A stretch of 64,000 nt of DNA, taken from assembly GCA_964456285.1 (NCBI GenBank), contig CAYWBC010000002.1, positions 16,999 to 80,998 on the forward strand, given 5' to 3'. Positions 19,901 through 27,702 of the stretch are shown here, piece by piece. This DNA comes from an uncultured Bacteroidales bacterium. GTDB taxonomy: Bacteria > Bacteroidota > Bacteroidia > Bacteroidales > UBA10428. Under the pieces are notes generated by a model, which was not told where the DNA came from, did not search any database, and worked only from the letters and a program-made list of their open reading frames with translations. How positions within the stretch are numbered: position 1 is the first letter of the stretch; each line of letters opens with the position of its first letter. Both the position numbers and the translations under genes were made by a program.

Positions 19901-20186
19901 TAAAGGAAGTATTTCAATCAAATGCGGTCCATTTTCGGAGTCTGGATTTGTTTTACTAGAGGTTTCCGATACAGGTGTTGGTATTCTTTCGAAGGATATT
20001 GACTGCCTTTTTAGGATTGATAGTAATAAAACTACTAAAGGGACAGAAGGTGAAACAGGCACGGGTTTGGGATTGATTCTTTGTAAGGAATTTGTAGAAA
20101 AAAATAACGGAACCATATGGATAGAAAGTGAAGTAGAGAAAGGTTCAAGTTTCTTTTTTACATTACCTGTCGTTGCGCCTAATTAA
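16941..20186 (+). CDS. sensor histidine kinase with tandem beta-propeller (Reg_prop) + Y_Y_Y periplasmic sensor; no receiver or DNA-binding domain
   Basis: N-terminal TM. Many W.GT..GL propeller repeats. Y_Y_Y region YAYKLENFDNDW...GKYIFRVKA. TM WWFRLIVIILFL. H-box FSIIGHDLMNPIN. HATPase GTGLGL. Ends right after the ATPase domain. Confidence 0.9.
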   Translation: MLKRISNKFLIRNNRFIGILFTLIMGLILLISIPLHGQYKNMQFESFNETNGLSNNNVNCILKDAEGFIWVGTDNGLNRFDGYNFTSYVNNSDDSTSLIHNHVLTLFLASDSTLWVGTQYGMCRFQKEYNNFVQIHERYIDGFTRGFFEDQNGQVYAVLDRGEIFSLKDNRLTSKHNANIYAHCYLKGNDDIHWFGVEDGICKYYASKDSLVNFSLRRYNSGEKVAVFALQEYNNKLWIGTRGFGVFLFDLSSNQITHLDESLDFIKTIEKDNHGLIFIGNTIGLKVYNQDYKMLGSYKPFKKYNQQEIDNSVEAIYSDKQGNLWLGVKFRGIQMAYPQKGFHSLKEALVAKVSQEVTVASVLADDDQNIWLGSFNNGILKLNLRSGKSEYIPCAEGGSSGLQCGTVFELFRDKNLNIWIGSYFGGLQKLIPETKQVIHYSLNHIDKNEQSLKDIRSICEDYEGNYWIAPQGNGLIKWNMNTGEYEQFLNNYNDSSSLCSNWVFHVICDSMGYIWCATSSGLSVTRNNGKTFENYYHKSNNSSKLLSNEVFTVFEDSNNQIWVGTRKGISKYRKESNDFIHYTSKDGLINDFICAIQEDHNGLLWISTMEGLSCFNPKTIEFKNYDMSDDFPSNEFMENSCAITPSGYLIFGGINGGIWFHPDSITENKFPPKVKLTDFKIFNQSVPIKPNDKNAVLNKDIQYTRNLTIDHKQKMISFDFVALSFVHPEQNKYAYKLENFDNDWINANDKREATYTSLPPGKYIFRVKAANNDGYWNNEGASVQITVLPSPWKTWWFRLIVIILFLSITFLIYYLRVQRMRAINLTLEDLVDQRTKELQTMNMKLQELNATKDKLFSIIGHDLMNPINTINGFSELYINSYQKLSDEKKWSYMSHIHTEVNKTIDLLDGLLNWARSKSGTLAFNPKKINLHNLIEVNITFNKQAADKKKIRIQSEIDEEYIIALGDENMINTVLRNLISNAIKFTPNKGSISIKCGPFSESGFVLLEVSDTGVGILSKDIDCLFRIDSNKTTKGTEGETGTGLGLILCKEFVEKNNGTIWIESEVEKGSSFFFTLPVVAPN

Positions 20187-20399
20187 AATGTTGCCAATAA
20201 GAAAACTTATTCAAAGAGAACTGCTTAATTAACTTTCAGAAGTAATATTAGCAAATAATATTCCAAAAAATAGAAAGATAATAATTGGTACAGAAAACAA
20301 TGAGAGTACTTTATGCAATTAAGAACTTGGAGTATAAAAAACGAATCCTTATTTATGGTAAAGGGCTAAATGAAAAATGCTGAAAATTTGTATTTTTTC

Positions 20400-20738
20400 T
20401 TAATTGAAACTTTTTAAACAATCATCCTGAGTTTCATAAAGATCAAATACGTTGTGCAACTGTAAAAGTTTAAACAGATCCATTACTTCTTTTTTGATGT
20501 TACAGATTTTAAACTGTCCGTGGTTACTGTTTGCGGTTTTCATTATAGACAGGAAAACGCCAAAACCGGAGCTGTCAATAAATTTAATGCCTTCCAAATC
20601 AAGGGCTAATTTAGTGCCGGGCTTATTAAACATATTTTTCAGCTGTTCTTTTACTGGCTCAACAATCAAAGCATTAAAACGGTCTACCTCATTGAATTTT
20701 ACCACAATAACGTTGTTAACTTTCTCAGTTTTAAGCAT
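20400..20738 (-). CDS. STAS-domain anti-sigma-factor-antagonist-like protein
   Basis: 112 aa. SpoIIAA-like pattern with the conserved phospho-serine motif FIDSSGFGVF. Confidence 0.85.
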   Translation of the reverse strand: MLKTEKVNNVIVVKFNEVDRFNALIVEPVKEQLKNMFNKPGTKLALDLEGIKFIDSSGFGVFLSIMKTANSNHGQFKICNIKKEVMDLFKLLQLHNVFDLYETQDDCLKSFN

Positions 20739-20750
20739 AAGTAGAAATAT

Positions 20751-21104
20751 TTAAATGTAAATATCAATGTTATTAATTACTTCATTTAGCTCCTCAACTG
20801 CCTCTCTTGTTACATCTTTGAACTTTTCAATAAACTCAGGATACGTTTCAACTTCCTCTCCAGCCTTCGTAAGTTCTTCAAATGATTTAAGATCCTTTGC
20901 CAAATCCTCCAACCCCATGATTGAGATGGATGATTTTGCTTTGTGTGCAAGTCTTCCTAATTGCTCATAATCCTTGTTGTTGTATAACTCTTTCATTCCA
21001 AGATTGAATTCAATAACCTGAGATTTAAAGATAGTGATCATTTCAATGATCAGCTCTTTATTCCCAGCCGACATATTTTTCAAATAAGTGAGGTCGATTT
21101 TCAT
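20751..21104 (-). CDS. stand-alone Hpt (histidine phosphotransfer) domain protein
   Basis: 117 aa. Hpt signature LAHKAKSSISIMGLEDLA (HxxKxS...G). 12-nt gap to the downstream STAS gene. Confidence 0.8.
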   Translation of the reverse strand: MKIDLTYLKNMSAGNKELIIEMITIFKSQVIEFNLGMKELYNNKDYEQLGRLAHKAKSSISIMGLEDLAKDLKSFEELTKAGEEVETYPEFIEKFKDVTREAVEELNEVINNIDIYI

Positions 21105-21199
21105 TTAAAAATTATACTTGTGAATAAATTCACCTCTAAATTAATTTATTTTTTTATTTTTAATAAAATTATGACCTCAATATAACAAAATCAAGCTTT

Positions 21200-21215
21200 T
21201 TGCAGTATACTGCAA
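21200..21215. promoter_or_regulatory. perfect 16-bp palindrome TTGCAGTATACTGCAA (candidate operator)
   Basis: Exact self-complementarity, checked base by base. Ends 16 nt upstream of the TPR gene ATG (21231), in the 126-bp divergent region shared with the Hpt-STAS operon. Confidence 0.4.
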
Positions 21216-21230
21216 TAAAATACTTAACAA

Positions 21231-22286
21231 ATGATCAATCGAATCTTTATTTTAACTTTCTTTTTTTGCATTTCAGCCACTTTGCTTGCTCAAACAAGTG
21301 AATTTGACTATGAGAATTATCGCAATCAGAGAATAGCAGAAAGATTATACAACACTGCTGTTGAGGCTGTGCATGCGAAAGATTATTATGGAGCTCTGTT
21401 CTATCTTGACAGCATTGTCAGACTTCAACCTAATTTTGCTGAGGCATATATTGAGAGAGGAAAAATTTACTATGTGAAAGAAAGAAAAAGTGATGCGTTG
21501 ATGGAATTTCAGGAAGTTTTAAACTTTGAACCCAATAATGGAGAAGCATTATTTTATAAAGCCTACGTTAAATTCACACAGGATACTTCAAGTGTCGGAC
21601 CATCTGACTTCGATATGGCAATACAGAACAATTATACTCTTCCACATGCATATTATTATCGCGGCCTCATGAAATTACTTGATAAAAAATACAATGATGC
21701 CATTGCTGATTTCAGTTTGGCCATCCAAAAGAAAGCTGATTATGCTAAAGCTTACCACGATCGAGGAACTGCAAAGCGTATGCTTGGTGATTATCAGGGT
21801 GCGATATACGATTACAGACTTGCCATAACCTATGACAATGATTTGTTAATGGCTTACATCAATATGGGATCAACAAAGAAAAATCTGGGAGATTTTCAGG
21901 GAGCAGAACAAGATTATACTGTTGCTATAAATATAGACTCTTCAAGTTTTATCCCATACAACAACAGGGGAGGAGCCAGATATATTCTTGGCAATCTTGA
22001 GGAAGCAGAAGCTGATTTTAAAAAGGCTTATGAATTGAATCCGGAGTCTCCGTCAGTAATGTGCAATATGGGCAATGTTTTGGCCAAGACGGGAGATTAT
22101 GAATCAGCTATTGAATGGTACAATAAATCCCTGGAACTGGATCCTAATTATAATATTTCATTTTTAAACAGGGGATTAACTTACGAATTGCTTGGAATGC
22201 TTACTGAAGCTTGCGCAGATTGGGAGCTTGCAGCTGAACTGGGATTGGAAGAAGCCAATGAATACCTAAAAGAGTGTAACAAATAA
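21231..22286 (+). CDS. secreted tetratricopeptide (TPR) repeat protein
   Basis: Signal peptide. About 8 TPR units (repeated A..Y..G........A..D...AI..(D/N)P....A pattern). Confidence 0.85.
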   Translation: MINRIFILTFFFCISATLLAQTSEFDYENYRNQRIAERLYNTAVEAVHAKDYYGALFYLDSIVRLQPNFAEAYIERGKIYYVKERKSDALMEFQEVLNFEPNNGEALFYKAYVKFTQDTSSVGPSDFDMAIQNNYTLPHAYYYRGLMKLLDKKYNDAIADFSLAIQKKADYAKAYHDRGTAKRMLGDYQGAIYDYRLAITYDNDLLMAYINMGSTKKNLGDFQGAEQDYTVAINIDSSSFIPYNNRGGARYILGNLEEAEADFKKAYELNPESPSVMCNMGNVLAKTGDYESAIEWYNKSLELDPNYNISFLNRGLTYELLGMLTEACADWELAAELGLEEANEYLKECNK

Positions 22287-22298
22287 CCCGACAGGATC

Positions 22299-24377
22299 AT
22301 GCCTAAAAAAATAATACTATTTTCCATACTGTTTTTATTTGCAATTGTTTCTTCAGAAATCTATGCTCAGATCAGTCCTTTAAAGATTAAAAAAAAGGAG
22401 TTTAGAAAACAAGAATATGGGTTTAAGGATGCCTGGATGAATATTAAGGATGGTAATTACTACTATTCGAAAGGTTTGGGATCATACAGACTGGCCAGGG
22501 AGAGTTATTTAAAAGCTTATGGATACAACCCGGATAACCCGGAGTTGAATTATATGATTGGCAGATGCTATTTATTTAGCGATAATAAATTTGAATCCAT
22601 AAAATACATTGAGAAGGCCTATAAACTTGAACCAGATGTGCATTTTGATATTCATCTTATGCTGGGAATGGCTTTCCATCAGATTCTTGAATTTGATAAA
22701 GCAATTGACGAATACAATTACTTCATAAACAAACTTCACCCTAAGTTCAGGCCGGATTATCAATCCAAGGTTGATTTGTTTATACAGCAGTGCAAAAATG
22801 GAAAAATACTGGCTGCTGAGCCAAAAAGGGTGGTGATTAACAATTTAGGGCCAACAGTAAACTCAGTCTTTGATGAGTATGGACCTATGATTAGTGCCGA
22901 TGGCAATACCATGTATTTCACTTCACGAAGGAAATACTCTAAGAAAAGTAAAAAGAGCATAATCGATGATAAATTTTTTGAAGACGTTTATTCTACTCAA
23001 CTGGATAATAACTCATGGACAAGGGCCAGGCGTGTAGATGCAAAAGTTACCGGGAAAACAAACACTACAAATGTTGCTGCTGTTGGCATTTCTCCTGATA
23101 AGCAAAGCTTGTATATTTATAAAGGAAAAAATAATAGTGGTGATTTATATGTATGCAGAATGAAAAAAGGGGAATGGACTGCACCGAAATCACTTTCGAA
23201 ATTTAATTCTAAGCATCGTGAGGTTTCTATGTGTATTTCTTCTGATGAATCTACTTTGTACTTTGTTTCGAGCAATACCAAAACTGGTTATGGAGGAACT
23301 GATATTTACATAAGCACAAAAAATATCAAAGGGAAATGGCAAAAACCTGTAAATGCAGGAAATGTGATCAATACATTTTCTGATGAACTGGGAGTAAGCC
23401 TGGGAGCAAATGATTCAGTATTGTATTTTAGTTCAAAGGGACACAACTCTATGGGTGGTTATGATGTGTTTCAGAGTTCGCTCAGCAATGTCGGATTGTG
23501 GTCAAAACCTATAAATCTAGGATATCCTATAAATACTCCTAACGATGATATTTTTTATTCGGATATTCCTGATGGAAAAACCGGATACTATTCTTCGAAC
23601 AGGGAGTCTGGACTTGGAGGAATGGATATTTATAAGGTGATTTACCTGGGAGCAGAAAAAGATATGTTTGTTGGTGATGCGGAAGATCTTATTGCAGGAG
23701 CAAAAATTCCTTACGATAATATTTATTTTGTCCCTACTCAAAAACTTAATGTAGATACAGCCATCTTGATGAGGGGATTCATCAACGATTCTGAAAATCA
23801 AAATCCAATTGTTGCTAAGATTGAAATTATTGATTCGGATAGAAGTCAGGTTGTAGCTACAACTATGTCTGATGCTACTGGTAATTACTCTGTTAAAATA
23901 CCGGAATCAAAACAATATGGTGTTGAGATCATTGCTACAGGCTATTTACTCTACCTTGATATGGTTGATCTTTCAATGAACACTTACGATGAGGTTGTAG
24001 TGAAGAATTTCTTGCTTGACAGGGTAGAAGTTGGAGCAAAGGTGATTCTTAAGAACATTTATTTCGAAACCGGAAAGTCTACTCTTAAAACCGAATCTCA
24101 TGCCAGTCTGGATAATGTTGTTAAGCTTCTTGAGACCAATCCATCCATTCGAATTGAAATCTCTGGCCATACTGATAATGTCGGAAGTTTAAGTGTGAAC
24201 ACCAAGCTGTCAAATAACAGGGCAAAAGCAGTTGTGAATTACCTGGTAAGCAAAGGTGTCGCTGAAAGCAGACTTGAATACAAAGGTTATGCATACTCGC
24301 AGCCCATTGCGCCTAACAACACTTCTGAAGGAAGAGCGCAAAACAGAAGGGTAGAGTTTAAGGTACTTAGTAAGTAG
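22299..24377 (+). CDS. OmpA-family peptidoglycan-associated protein with N-terminal TPR, TolB-like PD40 propeller and CarboxypepD_reg-like domains
   Basis: Signal peptide. PD40-like repeats (ST.YF.S.R....GG.DIY). C-terminal OmpA domain (IEISGHTDNVGS...NRAKAV..YL...GV...R......G...P.A.N.T.EGRAQNRRVEF). Confidence 0.9.
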   Translation: MPKKIILFSILFLFAIVSSEIYAQISPLKIKKKEFRKQEYGFKDAWMNIKDGNYYYSKGLGSYRLARESYLKAYGYNPDNPELNYMIGRCYLFSDNKFESIKYIEKAYKLEPDVHFDIHLMLGMAFHQILEFDKAIDEYNYFINKLHPKFRPDYQSKVDLFIQQCKNGKILAAEPKRVVINNLGPTVNSVFDEYGPMISADGNTMYFTSRRKYSKKSKKSIIDDKFFEDVYSTQLDNNSWTRARRVDAKVTGKTNTTNVAAVGISPDKQSLYIYKGKNNSGDLYVCRMKKGEWTAPKSLSKFNSKHREVSMCISSDESTLYFVSSNTKTGYGGTDIYISTKNIKGKWQKPVNAGNVINTFSDELGVSLGANDSVLYFSSKGHNSMGGYDVFQSSLSNVGLWSKPINLGYPINTPNDDIFYSDIPDGKTGYYSSNRESGLGGMDIYKVIYLGAEKDMFVGDAEDLIAGAKIPYDNIYFVPTQKLNVDTAILMRGFINDSENQNPIVAKIEIIDSDRSQVVATTMSDATGNYSVKIPESKQYGVEIIATGYLLYLDMVDLSMNTYDEVVVKNFLLDRVEVGAKVILKNIYFETGKSTLKTESHASLDNVVKLLETNPSIRIEISGHTDNVGSLSVNTKLSNNRAKAVVNYLVSKGVAESRLEYKGYAYSQPIAPNNTSEGRAQNRRVEFKVLSK

Positions 24378-24399
24378 CTTTAACCTACTAAGTGTTTTT
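24273..24399 (+). repeat. copy A of direct repeat: 3' end of OmpA gene plus its terminator
   Basis: Matches 25640-25764. The last ~50 nt (GTAGAGTTTAAGGTAC...CTACTAAGT...TTTTT) are ~90% identical by eye; upstream the similarity is mainly at protein level. Confidence 0.8.
24365..24399 (+). terminator. rho-independent terminator overlapping the OmpA stop codon
   Basis: ACTTAGTA (24365-24372) pairs with TACTAAGT (24386-24393), 13-nt loop, then G + TTTTT. Confidence 0.7.
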
Positions 24400-24515
24400 A
24401 ATGTAAGTACAATTATTAAAATCAGGGTGAATTATCCTTATAAACAAAGAAAAATAGATTTTACATGAATTCGTTATTAATTTAAGTAGGACTCTTTTAA
24501 TTTAAAATTATTCTC

Positions 24516-25604
24516 ATGAAAAAATTAAATTATCTGCTCGTTATTTCATTATTGATTCTCTTGGCTTCTACCTGCGAAAAAGAAGGACAAGGAGAAGGTG
24601 AGTTGAAATCAAAAGGTCCAATAAGTTTATCTTTTTCTAATTTGCCTGTTGAAGGTGAACTTTTGTCTAAGTCATCAGATGAATCTACGCCAAAATCTAT
24701 TATAATTTCTATTAAAAATTCAAAGGGAGATTATGCACTAAATGCTTACCAACTTAAACTTATTAAGATTGGAGAGGATTATTTTACTGAACATGTTGAA
24801 CTAGTTGTCGGTGACTATACTGTCGAAGATTTCTTAGTATTAGACTCGAATGATTCGGTGATCTACCTTACACCGAAAGTTGGTTCAGAATTTGAAGACT
24901 TTGTTCCAAATCCTTTGCCGGTAAGCTTTTATGTTGCTGCTGATTCTACTACTAAAGTTATTTTGGATGTAATTTCTTCTCATTTGGGTTGCGCTGAGCA
25001 ATTTGGATACGCTATTTTTTCATTTAATATTTTGAATTCCCTGGTGATTCAACCTGATCCTGTTGACGGGAAAGATGCAGTTTTTGGTAAAATTGTTCCA
25101 GACAATAATTATGGAGATATTCCGGATATTCATTTATATGCATGGACGCAAGGCGGCATATTAAATGTAAACAGAGTAGCAATCGATTTTGATTTATCAA
25201 TAGTTCCCAAAGGTGTTATAATTGATAGTGCTTTCATCAGCCTATATTTTAATTCTACATCTGCTTATAAAGATGTAATTGGTGTTGACGGACACTATGG
25301 AGATAATAGTTTTGTTATTGATAAGATTACTGAAGAATGGGATGAAGATTCCATTACATGGAACAATCAACCTACTGTTTCTTCTGATTATCAGGTATAT
25401 GTAGAAGATACTGATGATGTCACCTTGGATTTTAAAAACATTGATATATCAAAGCTTATTATTGATTCTTATAAGTATCCTGAGTCTTCTTTTGGACTGA
25501 TGTTGAGGCATAATCTGGAAGAACCATATAAAGTTACTTTTTTTGCTTCCAGCGATCATCCGGACAAATCAAAGAGGCCAAAGCTTGTAATTTTTTATCA
25601 TTAG
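24516..25604 (+). CDS. lipoprotein with C-terminal DNRLRE-type (CBM96-like) domain
   Basis: Lipobox LLASTC. C-terminal pattern NYGD...L.AW......NVNRVAIDFDLSIVPKGVIIDSAFISLYF and ITEEWDEDSITWNNQP, as I recall for DNRLRE-domain proteins. Confidence 0.55.
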   Translation: MKKLNYLLVISLLILLASTCEKEGQGEGELKSKGPISLSFSNLPVEGELLSKSSDESTPKSIIISIKNSKGDYALNAYQLKLIKIGEDYFTEHVELVVGDYTVEDFLVLDSNDSVIYLTPKVGSEFEDFVPNPLPVSFYVAADSTTKVILDVISSHLGCAEQFGYAIFSFNILNSLVIQPDPVDGKDAVFGKIVPDNNYGDIPDIHLYAWTQGGILNVNRVAIDFDLSIVPKGVIIDSAFISLYFNSTSAYKDVIGVDGHYGDNSFVIDKITEEWDEDSITWNNQPTVSSDYQVYVEDTDDVTLDFKNIDISKLIIDSYKYPESSFGLMLRHNLEEPYKVTFFASSDHPDKSKRPKLVIFYH

Positions 25605-25618
25605 AAGCATCGTCTATT

Positions 25619-25744
25619 ATCGGCATAGTTGCCAGGTGATTTGAATACAAAGGATACTCATGCCCGAACTCTGTTGCGCCAAAGAACACATTTGATGGAA
25701 GGGCACAAAACAAGAAGGTAGAGTTTAAGGTACATAGTAAATAG
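25619..25744 (+). pseudogene. relic 3' fragment of a second OmpA-family gene
   Basis: Translates to IGIVAR*FEYKGYSCPNSVAPKNTFDGRAQNKKVEFKVHSK*, compared with KGVAESRLEYKGYAYSQPIAPNNTSEGRAQNRRVEFKVLSK* at the end of the intact gene. Internal TGA, no 5' part. Confidence 0.7.
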
Positions 25745-25764
25745 TTTTAATCTACTAAGTTTTT
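25640..25764 (+). repeat. copy B of direct repeat (OmpA 3' end + terminator-like hairpin)
   Basis: See copy A. Hairpin ACATAGTA/TACTAAGT (one mismatch) followed by TTTT at 25761-25764. Confidence 0.8.
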
Positions 25765-25788
25765 AAATAATCTATCCTATACCTAGCA

Positions 25789-25796
25789 TAGTTTTG
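25789..25796 (+). promoter_or_regulatory. candidate -7 box TAGTTTTG
   Basis: Exact TAnnTTTG match 86 nt upstream of the ATG at 25882. Confidence 0.3.
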
Positions 25797-25881
25797 TTTT
25801 AAGATGAACTAATAGTATAAAAGTAAAATTAGTGGTCTTTGTATTATTCTTAAGGTTAGCGAATGCATAATTTCTCCTTTT

Positions 25882-26517
25882 ATGAAGAGATTAAAAACAA
25901 TTCTGATCTTTCTTTTCAAAACAGGGATATGTTTTTCTCAATTTCGGGTGAGTGAGAAAGAAAAATGGAGAATTAAACTGGGAGGTGGGTATTCTTATAA
26001 CTATTACAGCGAAAAAACTGAAAATTAGTTAAGTAATCATCGGTCAATATATCTTTTTTTAACTGTTGGTTATAAGAAATATAACATAAATCTCTCAATT
26101 AAGCCCATGACCATCAATCCACAAATAGAACTGGATTTTAATGGAACAATTTTGCCTTTGGAAGCCAGACTGAATCCAATAAAAGCTGAAATATGTTTAG
26201 GCTATGAGTATGAGCTTTTTAATAATTTTCGGATTGAACCTTATTTAGGCTATCTGGGACATTCATTCCATGTAATCAATGAAGATGAATTAGGAACTAC
26301 TTTTGACTTTAATACGGAAAGAGGATTGACTATTGGCACAAATATTTTTAAATACTTTATTACAGGCCGGACTTTGAGTATTGGTGGATTCTTTAACCTT
26401 AGCTACAATTTAATAAACTTTAAAAAGGTTCAACCAAGCTTGGATAACAACTACTTTGCTTTTAGCTTTGGATCGGTATTTATGGGTGTTTCTCTTCTGG
26501 AGAATTCTTCGCAATAA
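25882..26517 (+). pseudogene. small outer-membrane beta-barrel protein gene interrupted by one in-frame TAG (26026-26028)
   Basis: ATG at 25882 gives a signal peptide (MKRLKTILIFLFKTGICFSQ) plus 48 codons, then TAG. The same frame continues without a further stop into the track ORF 26107-26517. Alternating beta-strand-like sequence, aromatic-rich. Confidence 0.55.
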
Positions 26518-26582
26518 AATTAAAATCAGGCTGTTTCATTGTTTCAACAATATTTATCATAAAATTCTTCCATCTTTATTTT

Positions 26583-26590
26583 TACATTTG
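26583..26590 (+). promoter_or_regulatory. candidate -7 box TACATTTG for gcvT
   Basis: Exact TAnnTTTG match ending 19 nt upstream of the gcvT ATG (26609). Confidence 0.35.
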
Positions 26591-26608
26591 CAGCATAATT
26601 TTCTGGCG

Positions 26609-27697
26609 ATGAAAAATACAGTACTGACTAATTTGCATGAAAAGGCAGGTGCTCGCATGGTGGAATATGCCGGCTTTAATATGCCTGTTGAATACTCCGG
26701 GGTAGTAAAAGAACATCTTGCCGTAAGAAATGCTGCCGGTATGTTTGATGCTTCTCATATGGGAGAATTTTGGGTAAAAGGAAAATATGCAATTGACCTT
26801 CTGCAGTATACCACAACCAATGATGTTTCTAAACTCGAAGTAGGGAAAGCTCAATACTCTTGCATACCAAACGAAAAGGGCGGAATTGTTGATGATCTGA
26901 TTATTTACAAATTCGCAGAGGAAAAATACATGCTGGTTGTCAATGCCTCCAATAGTGAGAAAGATTGGAAATGGTTTAATCAGCACAACACAGTTGGAGC
27001 TGAACTGGAGAATGCTTCTGATCAGATGTCGCTAATTGCACTTCAGGGTCCAAAAGCAATTGATATACTTAAAACTTTGGTTGATCATGACCTGAAATCT
27101 ATGAAGAGTTTTTCGTTTGTAACTATATCTGTTGGACGATCCGAAGATGTTATTGTTTCGGCTACGGGTTATACAGGTGCAGGTGGATTTGAATTGTATT
27201 GTTACAACAAATATGCATCCGTATTATGGGAGGAACTGTTAAAGGCAGGAGAGCCCTTTGGACTTGTTCCTGCAGGCTTGGCCGCGAGAGATACCTTAAG
27301 ACTTGAAATGGCTTACTCATTGTATGGCAATGATATCGACGATACAACATCGCCAATTGAAGCTGGATTGGGCTGGATAGTGAAGGTAAATAAGAACAGT
27401 GATTTTATTGATAAGAAGATTTATCTGGAGCAAATTAAGAATGGAGTAAAACAAAAATTAGTTGGCTTTAAATTGATTGATAAAGGGATTCCCAGAAAAG
27501 ATTACATTTTGTTGAATTCTGATGGAGATGAAATAGGACGTGTAACATCAGGAACAATGTCGCCAATACTTAAGCAGGGAATTGGTATGGGGTATGTTCT
27601 TTCTGAATATGCTGGCATAGATAGCGAAATTTATGTGCAGGTGAGGAACAAATCATTGAAGGCTGTTGTTGTTAAACTACCGTTCTTAACAAAATAA
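26609..27697 (+). CDS. gcvT: glycine cleavage system aminomethyltransferase GcvT
   Basis: Start at MKNTVLTNLHEKAGARMVEYAGFNMPVEY, a typical GcvT N-terminus. 362 aa. ARDTLRLE motif. The track start at 26456 adds an implausible 51-aa extension. Confidence 0.93.
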   Translation: MKNTVLTNLHEKAGARMVEYAGFNMPVEYSGVVKEHLAVRNAAGMFDASHMGEFWVKGKYAIDLLQYTTTNDVSKLEVGKAQYSCIPNEKGGIVDDLIIYKFAEEKYMLVVNASNSEKDWKWFNQHNTVGAELENASDQMSLIALQGPKAIDILKTLVDHDLKSMKSFSFVTISVGRSEDVIVSATGYTGAGGFELYCYNKYASVLWEELLKAGEPFGLVPAGLAARDTLRLEMAYSLYGNDIDDTTSPIEAGLGWIVKVNKNSDFIDKKIYLEQIKNGVKQKLVGFKLIDKGIPRKDYILLNSDGDEIGRVTSGTMSPILKQGIGMGYVLSEYAGIDSEIYVQVRNKSLKAVVVKLPFLTK

Positions 27698-27702
27698 TTT
27701 TC

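Noticed and set aside
19622-20116. 164-aa antisense ORF inside the histidine kinase gene; similar ones exist inside susC (51151-51704, 53528-53890) and the MFS gene (56172-56516)
   Set aside because: These are shadow ORFs on the opposite strand of well-supported genes, with no recognisable motifs.
26026-26028. In-frame TAG as evidence for stop-codon reassignment
   Set aside because: TAG plainly terminates the neighbouring OmpA (24375-24377) and DNRLRE (25602-25604) genes at positions matching their conserved C-termini. The standard code applies.
26456-26608. 51-codon N-terminal extension of gcvT in the ORF track
   Set aside because: The extension overlaps the end of the upstream OMP frame and contains a TAnnTTTG promoter box. 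The conserved GcvT N-terminus begins at the ATG at 26609.
26518-26608. Glycine riboswitch upstream of gcvT
   Set aside because: There are only ~90 nt between the upstream ORF and gcvT, with a promoter box 19 nt from the ATG. No room for, and no sequence resembling, the tandem glycine aptamers.
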